Shown here: positions 35,696 to 64,000 of the stretch, one piece after another | Layout: each line of letters begins with the position of its first letter | How positions within the stretch are numbered: the stretch's first letter is position 1 | Assembly (NCBI GenBank): GCA_963693365.1 | Contig: CAVNZM010000002.1 | Coordinates: 16,525,615 to 16,589,614, forward strand | Length of the DNA stretch: 64,000 nucleotides | Source of the DNA: Amoebidium appalachense | Taxonomy: Eukaryota; Protista; Ichthyosporea | Direction: 5' to 3' | Notes under the pieces: generated by a model | What the model saw: only the letters and a program-made list of their open reading frames with translations | What the model was told of the DNA's origin: nothing | The model's database searches: none | Program-made: the position numbers and the translations under genes

Positions 35696-38219
35696 CTGCA
35701 TACAGAACAAGCGACATCTTTCTGATGTTTCAATGCCCGTCTATATTCCGAGATACTGGCAAGAAGCTTCCTCAAGTTGCCGTGACTTCCGTGCGGTGTG
35801 TACAGGTGTGTGCTGAATTTATATAGGTTTCTAAATATCTAAATGGACAATGTAAAGGCATGACAATAACCCAATGAAAGCTATACATCATTTCCCCATA
35901 TTTTATGATGGCCTGCATGAGCCAATAGAAGCTGATGTTATGCTCTGCAGATCGACCGCTTACGTTCATTGGCTTTCACAGGGATAAACTGCTATAAAGA
36001 ATTGTAAAACTTGTCTTCATTTTGCTAAAACAGCTGAAAAGGCACATGGATTTAAAGTCATGCGCCTGGTGATATTTCAGGCGTTGGATTTCCAACGTCA
36101 ATGGAAGCCAATCACAATGCCTGGCATCTAACACCTATCCGTGAACTCACGTGGTTTTAGGTCCGGCATAAACATCGGCTGCCACAACACGGCAGAGCCC
36201 CAAATACATGCTGGTCATATTCCTTTAATATTAAGATCAGCCCGTAAATAGATAATAGAAATAGTGTGTATTTTTCAAAACAGAAAACAAGGTCCAAACA
36301 CGTCGGTTCCTGAAACGGTGCCGGGCAGTAGCCGCCGTCCACATGCTTTCCAACAAAATGAGGTAGTGCAGGAAGATGGGGAAATCCTCATCGTGAGCCA
36401 ATCGCAATGGTATACGTATTGCAATAATTGCAATTACAGGTTTGACCTCACCATTGGTAAGCACAGGAGGCTTTTTTTGTACGGAAATATTTGCTCTTAA
36501 AATAAGTTTGTAGATGAAAAGGCTTGACTCCCCCCGCCATTTCTGCGCTTGAATACGATTTGTAGGCTTTCAGACTGGGTTGCGTGGATGGCGCCGGGGA
36601 AGCTTTTACCCCTCTCCTTAAATAACGTTGATTGGCTACAACATAATATGAACAGCTACATAAAACCCCGCTTCCCTTAACGAAAGCTGTCATTTGCAGA
36701 GAGCTCTGTCATTAAGCTGCATTTGCGTGTAACGGCTTCTGGGAACCTTCTGCCATCATGTATTTTTTAGTGTTGCCTTGACCGTCTGACTTTTGGCATG
36801 CAACCGAGTGCCACTCCTCTTGTGACCGTTGAGCCCAAAACGCATATCTTACGGCAAGAGGTGCAAATTAGAAGTTCGATTGTAGTTGCTAGGTCACAGT
36901 GCGACGAGTCTGATCCATCCAAACCGAGGTCCCTCTGCCGCAATAAACTGAGTTTTAGGTCATCATGAACGACAAAAACGCAGGTTGGGAGTGTGGGTCA
37001 ACAGACACCCCCGTGTCTAAGCAGGCACACCCTTCTGCCTCCTGCACATCTCTTTCTCTCTACCCCGTAATGTACAAACCCCCACACCTCCTCCCCTCTT
37101 TCTCTCCTCCCTCTAGATCTGCCCCCTGCCGAACGCACAATTATTAGCTCTCTCATTTTCCGCGCCCCCCCCCCTCCCCCCTCCCCAACACACACACACA
37201 CCCTCCCGTCACCCACCACCCACCCTTTCAGACTGCCTAATCCATTAGGAAGCATAACCTCATATCAAATAGTCTATACACACACCACCGTCTCAGGCTA
37301 CATGCACAGCAACGTTTACGTACTGGCAGTGTCTGGCACACGAATGAAAAGCAACATATGTTCACCATACAATAAAGGCCGTTTGTTCCAGCAGTGGCTA
37401 CACATTACCAGGCACACGCACAAACAAGCATCGATATGCCATCCCACGCCGGCTCTTTACGTGAGCGTGTGTGTGTGCTTGGGGGAGGGGGGGGGGGGGG
37501 GAGCCGCTGAGCCTCGAGGGCATGGCATTCAATGATCTGTTGTGCCGTTAGCGGGCTGTGCCGTACAAGGACCAGTTACTCTACTGTGGATCCGAACTTC
37601 AATCCGTTCGTTTTGAGGAGATCTACCGAATCCCTGCAGATCATAAAATAGATGTGCTCCTCGGAAATGATAACTTCTCGAAACGTGATCGCAAGCATCA
37701 AAGAAAGGTCATATACGCATTGGAGTTTATTATCGTGCAGATAGAGTCAAGCACAAGGGGAACCGGCCACCCAGGAATGGACTGCTTTCAAAATACCAAC
37801 ATGTACACGCTGCGCGGGCACCACACCAGCACAGCACAGTTGCACATGTATTTTGCAAAATCCACCGTGTCATCTTGGTGTTCGCAAACGTTGAGATGTA
37901 GAGCAGACAATGATGTAGCCTTTCTGGTTTCTGCTGAAGGTCAAGATCATGTATGACAACACTATACTACAGGTTTCTCTACATGCATATCAAGTGGGAT
38001 TTTCTTCGTTATTCTTCGATGCCGGCATATGTGAAGTCCAAAGAGAGATACATGGCAGTTGTGTAAACCCACCTTCGTGCTCAGCAAGATAAAACCATTC
38101 ATTCATTCTCTGGCGAAAAAAAGAAAACAGGACAGCTCTTATGATCAGTGAGTAGTCTACAGGATTCCTATAGCAAAGTTTTTAAAGGAAAAACAGCCAA
38201 ACTTTGAGTGGCGTACGTG

Positions 38220-38295
<76 letters not shown>

Positions 38296-38414
38296 CGTGT
38301 GTGCATGTGAAGGGAGTTATGTATACGTATGTGAGTTCGTGTATGTGTATGTACGTAGGTGTGCGTGCATCCGTGTCGATGTGTGTGCGTGCGTGCGTGC
38401 GTGCCCGTGCGTGC

Positions 38415-38521
<107 letters not shown>

Positions 38522-38912
38522 GGTGTGGGTGGGTGGGTGGGTGGGTGGGTGCGTGTGTGTGTGTGTGTTTGTTGGGGAGGCTGGGGGGGACTTATCAAGA
38601 TGAAAATGAATGCACGTCTATGCTCAACGTTAGCTAAAGCACAACCCACCAGAGGCATCCCATCCTTGTACATGTTTGTGCCGATTTGGGCACTACTACA
38701 CACTTCTTATGTCATTGCTTCTGTTCACCCTGCTCCTCACTGCTCGGTGTTGGCTTTGGCGCTTTCCTGGCAAACTCCTGTGTGGAAGATTTCAGCTTTG
38801 GGTAAGCCTCTCTTGTTATGTGGTGGTTTTTGTTTTTTGTACACGGGTTTTCTTTTCTTAGTTGTTGGTCGTTGTGGTGGTGATAGGTTGGGTTGGGCTT
38901 GGGTTAAGGAGT

Positions 38913-38974
<62 letters not shown>

Positions 38975-39098
38975 ATCTTGATGCTGTCCCTTGACAGATG
39001 GGCATGCACCGTTGGAGTGGGTGTGCAGAAATCTTACGAGGATGATGGGGGAGGAGCCCCGGGGAGGGGAGGGGAGGGGGGAAGGGAGGGAGGGGGAA

Positions 39099-39133
<35 letters not shown>

Positions 39134-39223
39134 TGGATGAATTGCAGTGTATCGTACAGACGGGAATCATTGACACACACACACACAATTGCAAACAAAC
39201 ATGGTGGTGAAAAGAGTGTAATA

Positions 39224-43926
<4,703 letters not shown>

Positions 43927-44098
43927 GGGGACGCTGTTGCTCCCGGTGCATTTCTATTCCTAATTAATTTTCAAAAAAAAGGCTGGGATGCCTCAATGAG
44001 CGGTTCCCCAATGTAGCTTTTGAGTGCCGAAAGTTCAATGGTGTGCGTGTGTGTGGGTGTGTCCGTCTGTATGCCTGAGACCCGAGCAGGGAGAAAGG

Positions 44099-44138
<40 letters not shown>

Positions 44139-44559
44139 GGATAAGGTAGAAGGTCTGATTTACTCTACTTGTCGCCGATATATAACCTTCTCTTTTTTCC
44201 TTTTGAGCCTGCTCTATAAAGATGCCTATCCAGGACTGGCTAATATAACGGGGGTGCTAATATGCCGTCAGAGGGTCAAGGGCGGCAATGATTATTGATA
44301 GCCACACTGAGCCTCGGATAGCTGACTCGGATGGTGGCAGCCAGAGGCTCAGAGCGGCACTTTTTCGTACGTCTCCAAGGCTATGTACCCGCTGGCTTAC
44401 GTAAGTGCGCCGGGTCCGGCCTTACTATATATACAGCTACGCTGCGGGACGCCTGCGGCAACAACAACAACAACAAAAAAAAAAAAAAAAAAGGGAAGAA
44501 CTTGGGACTTGCCAAGCCGCTCGGAGACCCCGGTTTTCCGCGCAGACCAGACTCCAAGA

Positions 44560-44640
44560 TATGATTGGATGATCTTGATTGCGGAATTATGATTGGCAAA
44601 GAGATGATAACAAGATTAACTTGGACTTGTTGGATTGGCT
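44560..44640 (-). promoter_or_regulatory. CCAAT-box cluster upstream of CDPF1
   Basis: ATTGG at 44564, 44592 and 44634 (all GATTGG), about 650 bp upstream of the ATG. Confidence 0.4.
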
Positions 44641-46616
44641 GATCACGCACCCGATCTAGGTATCACCCGAAACCCCATCTCACATTTTGACTGATAAAAA
44701 TCTCCAACAGGAACCTAGCTGAGTTGAGCACACTGAAATACATGTTGAGGTCATTCATCATATATGTGTATGAGCATCATAAGAACCTTTCAATTTAAAA
44801 ACATAAATAATTTCCAATTTATGGACTTACAGGCCTAGAGAAAGCTTGTAAATGTGCACAGCCTCATGCATGAGCAGTGAGCAGTGGTTATCCAAGATAT
44901 TCTAATCTAGTAGCTGTTTGCTGATCGATAGAAATGGGGCTCAGGGGCTGCATGTACATTGCCCTCATCATTACAACTGATAAAGGCTTTCTAGCCTGTA
45001 ATAACTTACTTCCATGCTCACATGCTACACATGCCACAGACGTGTGAAATAAGAGCTCAAACTCCAGCGACCGGAGTTACAGTTCAAGGCTGAGACGGAC
45101 CGTTCATGTTGGTCAGTGTACATGTACACCCAACAACGGAAGTTTGGGGGGATTGCTGCGAGCGATGTGTGCAGCTGGAAGAATTGCGGCTGGTGCGTGC
45201 TGTGGCGTACAAGATAAAGCACTAGTTAGTCACCATCCCAAAGTGCTATGGTCCATACTAGCGAAGTCCAAGATCTCAGTACAGAGGAGTGCAATCGCAG
45301 TTAGTTGGAGCGCAACAATTGGCTCAATCGTTAGCATCACAAATGTAAAATTAACACATTGATGAGCCAGATCTGCACATCAGAATTAAACCAATCATCA
45401 AGCGTCATTGCTCTTTTACCCTAGTTCAAAAGAGGCGTTTAGATTGGTTAGAATTATAGGTAATCTAATTCAATTGATGCGGTGCATCGACGAAAAGTCT
45501 GACGTCACATTCCATTCCAGAAATTAAGCGATATGATTGGTGCGGGGGCTCGACGAAACGTCCCCTGGCTCACGGCTAGTCCAGACTAGTGCTGCCACCT
45601 CGGAGTGCCAAAGTGCGGCCAACGTGAGTGGTGTGGCTTCACACGGTCCACGTGGTGCTCGATAATGTTGGGTGCACGGTAGAATGTAATGTAACATGGA
45701 ATTTCTGGGAAAGACCTCCATATTTGCAGCCCCGAGTTTTGTAAGAATATGCTGTGCACGTGCACCCTTTTGCGTGCAACTTGATGACTTCGCAAAAAGC
45801 AGCTCACTCGAGACGTCCCACCGCGTTTCTGCTATGTACTCAATGTGCATGCCCAAAACTCCGGGAACTCAATTAGCCAGAACAGCTCTTCGAGTTCCTG
45901 ATGTATGGTTACTTGCAAAGCACGAGGTCCCTATAGGTTATATACTTCTTTTTGTTGTATGTGGCCCGGGTGCTACTACTCGAGCTCCTACATACTATTA
46001 TTACAAATAGTAAATTGTGTGACAGGTACCCCTCGCGTGGGTCATATCTCTGCGAGCCTTATCAGAATAGTCTACCCTACCAGTCGGGATTGAATGGCGA
46101 CACACCAGTGGGCCGTTAGTGCCGATAGATAGCTTGACGTCACACGTGCCAAGATAACAATCATTGTGGCTATAGAAACAGTTGCACATCTGCTGTTTAC
46201 ATTATTTTGCAGTGAAAAGCCCGTTTGTGCGGTAGCATTGTCGGATTTGGCCAAAACTCAGAAAGCTCAGCGTGGTAGAAGTATGTGTGAGCTGTTAGCT
46301 ACACTGCTTAGTGATCATTAGGGCCCCACATAGTTATTATTGACCAGCTGCACGGCACTACGTACCGTGGCCCGAATCATCGCAAATCACCAATTCAACA
46401 TCCGCTTGCAGGCACGTTTTCTGAGCATCAAGTCGTCTCTGCCAAATCTTAGCCCTTTTCGACTAATAGAACCCTTTAAGCCGTAGTTTCCCTCACATAC
46501 ATGTACGTGAATACATTGAAGCTTAGTTCTTGGGTCAGGCACTAATTATTCCGTTGTAGTTTTGAAAAGGCAAATTTTAACGCCTGTGTCGCGATCGGCG
46601 GCAACTGTGGGTTGCC

Positions 46617-46918
46617 ATGAGAATATTTAAAAATCTAATTCCATTGGCTGCGATGGTCAACACTTCGCTGCCATTGGTCGGAAATGACACTACTTCCACC
46701 GAACAAACGACAACCTGCTCCCCATTCTACATATCACCACCCTCCTGTTCGGAGACTTTTGCATCTGAATTGGGCGCCCTGTACTCATACATATCGGTGT
46801 TTTTGATATGTTCCGCTTCAATGGTGGTGTTTGCCGCAGGTTTCACTCTTGCCAGAAAAAGGATGGATGGACCGTACGGGAGGAGATCTTGCAGGGAAAT
46901 CAGGTACACAGCAACCCT

Positions 46919-46949
<31 letters not shown>

Positions 46950-47386
46950 GACAAAAAAAAAAAAAAAAAAAAAAAAAACCACCACCATCACCACCCAGTC
47001 CGCCACCCTTCCCCTCTCTCCCTCTCACCGGTTCACTTTCCGCCACACCATCCGGCTCTATGGTGAGGGAGATATATGCTGAAAACCGTTTAAGCACATC
47101 TGATATTCATGCAACTCGGGACATCGGGCACTCTCTATACCGTCACCCACCTTCCTCCCCGGCACTTCCAACCCCACCCCCCACCCTCCCCCCCCTGCCC
47201 CCTCCCCCCAAAAATCTTCCCTCTTCCCCCCTCCCCCCTCCCCCCCCTGCCCTTCCTCCCCAGCCCGAAGCGCAGACACACACTCACACATACAAACACA
47301 CACCACACGCACACATGCGCACGCACACACATACACCCATGTAAGCACACACACATACTGCGGCAGCGCTAACAAACACACACACA

Positions 47387-47464
<78 letters not shown>

Positions 47465-47869
47465 ATATGAAACACACAGACACTCGCCCATCAGGTTTAT
47501 CACACATGCATGCACACACCCAGGAACACACGTCACTTGCAGCCTAACCTACAAGACAGGTGCACACACACACCAGTAAGCTGACACAGACCGTGAGGCA
47601 CATATGCACACACCAAGTAAGCAAATTTGCGAAGAAAAAGCACACACCTCCACTTAGCACACGGGTACATGACACAACAGCCTTCTACCTGCATAACGAT
47701 AAGTGAATAGCTTATGTATGCGATGCACGTTAATAATATCGTGCAAGCCATCCACCACAAAACCCACAACTAAGCAAAGCCATCCTAACTTGTGTGTAGC
47801 CTACACAGACAGCGTGGGTGGGGAGGGGTTGTGTGTGAGGGGGGGCACACAGGGAGGGGGGAGGGGGTG

Positions 47870-47905
<36 letters not shown>

Positions 47906-48232
47906 ACCAAACATGCATACAGGGGCACACACGCACGTATCCGCGCACTCTTGCATGCGTGCACGCGCAAGTACACATCCCCAGAATCACGCACATAACA
48001 CAAATATACACGGGGAAACACAACCTAAGCAATATTATAACCTTCCCTCCCCCCCCTCCCCTTTCCCCCTCTACCTCCCCCCTTCCCCTCCCCCCAAAAC
48101 ACGTGCAAGCACGCGCACACACCCACACACATGCACACAAACACACACACACACACACACACACAGAAACACACACACACACACACACGGACAGACACAC
48201 ACACACACGCACACACACACACACACACGCAC

Positions 48233-48300
<68 letters not shown>

Positions 48301-49269
48301 ATACCAGAGTACAGCCTTTCCGCTCTAGGTGGCTGCTTTGTTCTTCCGCTTTGCGTAGACATTGGTGGATTCGCAGCCACAATTCCTACCCCGGTTCTAT
48401 CATTGTGCACAAACGGGAATTCTGCCACCATAATCAGCACGATTGCAGTGCTTGCAGCTGACCTCGATGGGATGATGGAACGATTGCGATCCGATGCAAA
48501 TTACGACTCCAGATTATTAACGCGTGTGGCGTGCCTGGGATCTATCATAGCCTCATGGGGGTTTATGGTTGCACATGCAGCGACGCGTGGCTTCATCGGA
48601 GAAAATTACACTCTAGAACTCCTTTCAAACGTTTTCCCGATCGGTGTTGCAGTGGTAATTTCCGGGGTTTTTGTGAAATTGTGCCTTGAAATTTTGCACT
48701 ATGTTCTCAACCGTCGCACAATGCTGCCTATGAGAAGAATGGGCGGAGAAAGAGATTTTGATCGCATCGATTGTGTCGATCGGCAGGCGGTGAAACAGGA
48801 CAGGCGCATAGTCATCCGCATAGTCAGCGTCATGTCGTGCCTTCTGATTGGTGTAATAATATGCATGGTTTTCACCATTCTCACCACCACCCGAATGGTT
48901 GTTGAAGAGAGAGAGGGACACTATTCGCCCTATCCGCTCAAACCCCCCAACCAGATAGAGTTTTTTTTCGTCTACTGCTGCCCGTTAGTTTGCAGGATAT
49001 GCGCGTGCCTTCTACCAATCATATTGTCTGCCAGCACACCAAAAAAGGAAAAGAGGCGGCGTGTGCACACAGCGGCATCGTCAAGAAACCTTATGCAGAG
49101 TACTACTTGCGGGCGGAGCCAAATGGACATAACTCGCATGACAAGCAACCAATTGCTAACGACCGCCGCAGATGATGAAGAGATAATCGTGGAATACAAT
49201 CTTGCCTATGATGAGGCGTATGCAGGGGATGAACATGGTGATGCAAATGGTCTTAATCGGGCCGCTTGA
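46617..49269 (+). CDS. Orphan seven-transmembrane (GPCR-like) membrane protein, 2 exons, ~418 aa
   Basis: Exons 46617-46903 and 48300-49269 join in phase (AG|G). Seven hydrophobic segments, N-terminal sequons NTS and NDT, a basic stretch after the last segment and an acidic tail. Alternative start at 46653. Confidence 0.72.
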
Positions 49270-49419
49270 TTGGCTATGAGAAGTTTAGTTATCTTAAAAC
49301 TTTTCGTTTAATGTCTGTCGTCAGTGTATCATATTCTGAGCGATAAAAGTTTCATGATCCATATGTGCTAAATCATGATGTATGTATGGCCATACTTGTC
49401 TTTATCATCGGGAGTACGG

Positions 49420-49513
<94 letters not shown>

Positions 49514-49942
49514 TTTTGATAGCTTTTTGTGGGCAATACTTGCACGTGGTCAACTTAGTTATGATCATTATTTTATTAGTATGAAGGCTATAGCATGTGA
49601 ATGAAGGTGATATATAGATGAAAATAAATGTTCTGATTACACTGTCATGCTGTGCATGTGCAACAATATGTAAGCACCACGTGTCATGAGCAGGCAAACG
49701 CTAGTCGCAGGAGATAACCCTGCACGGCCTGCATGCGCACAAACAGACACGCACGCGCACATGCACGCACGTGCGCGCGCACACACACACACGCGTACAC
49801 ACACGCACATACACACACCCACGTTGCATACCAACACCGACTTGATGACAATGCTGTTCTTGTGCTTTTCCGGGCAGCAGTCAATTACTACTTTTCTTTT
49901 CCTTTTTTTTTTTTTTTTTTTTTTTAGCTTGGTTTTTTCTGT

Positions 49943-49994
<52 letters not shown>

Positions 49995-50417
49995 CTTGCG
50001 ATGAATGTGGTAACTTCCGCAAATAAAACACAGTTGGCCAGGAGGACTCGGAGGAAGGATGGTGAGGGGGATGAACTCTCAAAGCTCTGGGTGGGTGGGG
50101 GAGAGGGGAGGGGAGGGGGGGGGGGGGGGGGGGGGGTCGTATGTCCGTGCACGGCATTTTTCGTTCCAGACACAGAACTGTCCTTTTCGCTCGGTAAACG
50201 ACCAAAAATGCGTGTCTCATAAGGCCTCAGGTTGGTGGTGTGGCAAGGCTCCAAAATGGTACACTAACACTTTACACAAATCTTGCCAACAAACTTGCCG
50301 TGATCCGGGGGTGATGTGTGGGGGGCATACTATCGTAGACTCAATAAATTACAGTTATTTGGTGACGGTTGTGCTTGGAGAGTGAAACGGAGGGGGAGGA
50401 AAGTCTGAGTGTGTGTG

Positions 50418-50450
<33 letters not shown>

Positions 50451-50670
50451 GGGGGGGGGGGGGGGGGGGGGAAGCAGGGGACAGGAACATTGAGTGGGCT
50501 GTTTTGACCATTTTATTGGTGTCTTTTTTCCGCCTGTCTGAATGGAATGTATTCAGCAGGTTGCAGGCGTATTTGTCTGGGTGTGTGCATGCGCGCCCAC
50601 ACCCACGTGGACGTGCTTGTGTGTGCATATGTGTATGTGTGTGTCCACCGGGTGGGCAGGAGCTGGGGAA

Positions 50671-50703
<33 letters not shown>

Positions 50704-51279
50704 TGCATGCATACGTGGGGTGTGGATGTAGATGTTCCTGAAGTAGCGTGCGTGCGAACCGGTGAGTATGGTTGCTTGGAGATATGTGTGGGTGCCTCAG
50801 ATGTGTTAGCAGCCCCTAAAAGCGTGCAAGCATTTGCGAGGGTACCGGTACACGTGTATGTGCGAGGTCACTGAGCTGCATGTGTGTGCTCGTGTTGACT
50901 TTCCCTAAGCGCGTAACACAAGCGGTGGCAGTGTATGTGTGCATATCTCGCCTGCTTGCATAGGTGCAAGCCCTGTTTCTCTTGCACACAATTGATTTGC
51001 ATGCAGTCAGCATGCCACCATATGGAGACGCTGCTTCTTCTGTCTTTGCCTTCGAACAGAGTACACCTTGGAGAAACTCCCCGAACACATATCCAGGTCT
51101 GGGTGTGACCCTGTGGGGGAGGGGTGGTTAGGCACGAACAGGAGCAATAAGGTTATCCACACAAACACGTTAATGGCAGTTTGTGCCCAGGCCTTACAGC
51201 ACTGAAGCGTTTGACTGCCCACATACGGAATAGACATTGAAAGGAACGAAGGGTCCAACCACATCGGGAGAACTAGGAA

Positions 51280-51650
51280 ACTTGTTCTGAGCTGACTTAT
51301 TCTGCAAAGAGTAGAATGATTCTGGAAGACACAGAATTATTGGGCAAAAGAAGAGTTACTCGACTTTAACCAGAAATATTCTGCAGAAGCAAAGCTATTC
51401 TGTTCTGAGCAGAATTCCTCTGAGTTTAGCAAAACCACCCTGCTTTTAACAGAATCATTCTGCTTTTAGCAGAATTATTCCGGGAAAAAACGGAACTATT
51501 TTGCTCGCAACAGCAGAATATACCTGCCCTAAACAGAAAAGTTCTGCTTTCAGCAAAATAGTTCGAATTCTGCTTTTTGCAGAATAACATTGATTTTAGT
51601 AACTCAGCTTTTTGCAGAATAACTCAGCTCTTTGCAATAAATCTGCTCGG
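51280..51650. repeat. Degenerate minisatellite of ~20-bp palindromic units (TTCTGC-N4-5-GCAGAA-TNA)
   Basis: Examples: attctgcttttagcagaatt, attctgctttttgcagaata, gttctgctttcagcaaaata; many TTCTG/CAGAA half-sites within ~370 bp. Confidence 0.65.
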
Positions 51651-51782
51651 AGAAAGTTGATTCCGCCAATGTGTTTGGGCCCGAAAAGATACCGCAGGCC
51701 CGACGGCAGTGAAAAGATACTGCCCCAGGGGAATAGGTGCAGGAAAGAAGTGTGCGTCGATTACTGCAGAGGGTGTTTGAGG

Positions 51783-52083
51783 GAAAAGAACGCCCAGGCC
51801 TTACAGCACTGAAAGCGCAAACCCGGCGGGGAAAACAAGAAAAAGGTCTCTGCCTCCCCTGCGCAGGCCTTACGGCACTGAAAACAGGTATAAGCAGACC
51901 CCTGGTTGTAAATTTATAGATGCGTGTTTAAACTCATGTCTCAGAAAATGCTTAATGGAAAAGAACGCCCAGACCTTACAGGACTGAAAGCGCAAACCCG
52001 CCGGGAAAAACAAGAAAAAGGTCTCTGCCTCCCCTGCGCAGGCCTTACAGCACTGAAAACGGGTATAAGCAGATCCCTGGTTG
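51783..52083. repeat. Direct repeat of ~126 bp (period 175 bp) containing an internal 17-bp motif
   Basis: gaaaagaacgcccag..gcaga(c/t)ccctggttg at 51783-51908 and 51958-52083. Confidence 0.9.
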
Positions 52084-52467
52084 AAAAAGAGAGAGACGAA
52101 GGATTGAAAGATACGTGTCCTAGAGCCACCCACCCGATGGAATACGCGCTGTTTCTTCCTGGGCTCGGGAATGTTGACCCGTCTCTTGCATGCTGCGGAT
52201 GCCGAACTGAACACATTTCACACGGAGGATAGCTTCTTATACCTGGCTGCGACAGGGGTCTGCAAGCGGATTGGCTTGACCTAACAACCAGATTTATGTG
52301 TCCAATCAAAATGCTCCAAATACTTCGTAAATAAAAGCAATGACATTGATCCAATCAGGTGCAATGCGCTAGATCCAGTCAAGACCAGTAATTATCCTTT
52401 CGGGCTATGTACACGTGGCAACCCTTGTGTGTTCGTAGAAGAAAGACTTGCTGACTCTGGTGGGATA

Positions 52468-52575
<108 letters not shown>

Positions 52576-52770
52576 CCAGGGGGGAACTGTGTACGCCACA
52601 GCCTCGGAGTCCCGGGATCCCCAGACACCAGCCCTTAAAGTTTGTCAGTTGCAGGTGCCTCCCCTTCCCCCCCCCCCCCCCCCCCCCCCACCACACACAC
52701 ACACACACACTCCCCCCTCTCCCATCACCCAACACGACGCACAGGTGTGCACCGCCCCCTCCACACACGT

Positions 52771-52803
<33 letters not shown>

Positions 52804-52862
52804 CACAAGCACACACACCGGTCAACACACAGTGTCATATAGTCACACACAAACACACACAT

Positions 52863-52936
<74 letters not shown>

Positions 52937-53698
52937 CACACACACACACATGCACATGGCTGAACTGCTGCAGGGATGCCATTTTTCAGGAACCCATATA
53001 TCACCGAGAGGTGCGATGTCGCACAGTTCTTTATTGGGACATCGAAAGAAGTTTTTGTGCATCATCAAACATCACAAATTTGTCCCTATCTGCTAATTCT
53101 TCTTTCATTCACTCAAATTCCACTAGTGTGTGTCGGCAAACGTACACACAAGTTAATTATGGTGTCGGTTTTTTTAACTTTGCATATTTCTAGGGTCTCT
53201 CTCATGCGCAGGCAAGGCCACAGATACAGTGGCGCAGTTGAACACATCACATAGACAGAATACTGACTAAGGTGTACCTAAAAACAAAACGGGAAAAAAA
53301 AAAAAAAAAAAAAAAACCGTATCTCCACAAATATGTATATATATCGTGTACGTTATATCTAGCCACATGCATATAATTCTTGCATATAATTTGTATGTTG
53401 TAAGGCCGTTTTCTACAAGTATATCCTGTTGGGTGGAAGTACTGTTAGCCTGGGTGCCGACACATTATCACGACTCACTTACATGTCATTACTGTAATAA
53501 ACAGCACATTCCCCCCTCGTTGACAGTTAGGCACACTAGCAGATAGAACCTTGCAAAAAAGACCTTCATACGAAATGCTCCTAAACACACAAAACCGCAT
53601 ATCCGATGAGCACATTCATGCCGGTGCAAATTTATGCATCCCCCATCCCCCCTCCCCCCTCCCCCCTCCCCCCCTCCCCCCTTCTCTTCCCCCCCAGC

Positions 53699-53799
<101 letters not shown>

Positions 53800-53993
53800 G
53801 GAGGGAGGGAGGGAGGGAGGGAGGGAGGGAGAGAGAGAGGGAGGGAGGGAGGGAGGGAGGGAGGGAGGGAGGGAGGGAGGGAGGGGGGGGGGGGGGGGGG
53901 GGAGAAAGAGAGAGAGAGGGAGGGAGAAAGAAAAAAGAAAAGAAATAAAGAAAGAAACAAAGAACTCAAGAAAAAAAAGGAATACACACACAA

Positions 53994-62852
<8,859 letters not shown>

Positions 62853-63275
62853 CTGTGGGTTGCACGGAGTGAGACAGTTACCATGGTGTCAAGGTATTGG
62901 AAGAAGTGGTGTGGGGTATGGGGAAATAAGGATTACGATAATTTCAAGAGGGCCAGGGAACGGGCGGGTGGGTGGGAGGGTAGGGTGGGCAGGAGTGTGG
63001 AAAGGGGTAAAGCTATTCAAAGACAAAGAAAATGATTCGTCAAACATCTTTGCGAGACATTTGTGGGGAAAACCTCCAAGCAACTATATCGTACCTCCTT
63101 ACAACCTGTACATCTTAACACCTCCCCCCCTCCCCCCTCCCCCTGCCGGACTACGGCCCCTGCCTTTACCGACCACAAGAGCTGACTTCGAATTCTTCTG
63201 AGCCTATCCGCCCCCCCCCCCCTTCTCTCCCTTGCCTGCTCTCCGTAAGTAAACACACACACACACACACACACA

Positions 63276-63330
<55 letters not shown>

Positions 63331-63444
63331 CACACACACGCACCCACACACACACACACGTCCACACACACGCACACACGTGCGCACACACGCACGCACG
63401 CACGTACACACACACATAAACACACACATATACCCCCACACTGC

Positions 63445-63582
<138 letters not shown>

Positions 63583-63730
63583 CCTACACATACTACCTAT
63601 ATATCCTTCCCCTGAGTCCAGACAACCGCTAAATTACACTCACTTCCATGTCCCTTGCGATCTGCCCAAAAGAATCTGCTCTTTCTCTCCCCCGCTCCCC
63701 TCCCCCCGCCCTCGTTCGCTCCCCCCCCCC

Positions 63731-63761
<31 letters not shown>

Positions 63762-64000
63762 ACACACACCTCCTCTCCCAAAACACACCGCAACACATGC
63801 AAGCATACATAGCCATACCCAGACCTGGTCATTCTAATAACCACAGACGCACTCACATAAGCAACCCCCCGCTCTTCGCCCACCTCATCCGCCTAGCCAC
63901 ACACGCGCAAATGCCTGCCCAGCTCCCCCTCTCCCCCTCTCACCCCCCCCCTCCCCCCCTCCAACCCCCCCCTCCCGCCCCCCCCCCCCACACACACACA

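Noticed and set aside
51190-52060. CRISPR-like array
   Set aside because: Spacers are irregular and duplicated, the context is eukaryotic, and there are no cas genes

Overview
Eukaryotic, intron-rich genomic DNA with GT-AG introns packed with G/C homopolymers and (CA)n/(GA)n microsatellites. Gene content and intron style would fit a unicellular holozoan such as an ichthyosporean, but that is only an inference. Almost all ORFs in the supplied track are low-complexity artefacts. Manual splicing recovers seven genes plus the tail of an eighth: prolyl aminopeptidase (-), GRTP1-like TBC Rab-GAP (+), a divergent DYRK/PRP4-related kinase (-), an ELO fatty-acid elongase (-), CDPF1 with a 1-nt frameshift (-), an orphan 7-TM protein (+) and a short-form RNase Z/ELAC1 (-, 5' end outside the window). 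The most interesting signal is a structured, apparently non-coding ~450-bp element at four intronic loci. Every copy sits in a G/C tract with one fixed end and one variable end, two loci are ~1.3-unit head-to-tail copies, and one locus has a ~15-bp target-site duplication. This looks like a non-autonomous retroelement that targets poly(C)/(G) tracts and is copied from a circular or concatemeric RNA. Also notable: a TTAA-flanked piggyBac-type MITE, and at least nine 3' splice sites formed directly at the end of (CA)n runs without a polypyrimidine tract.
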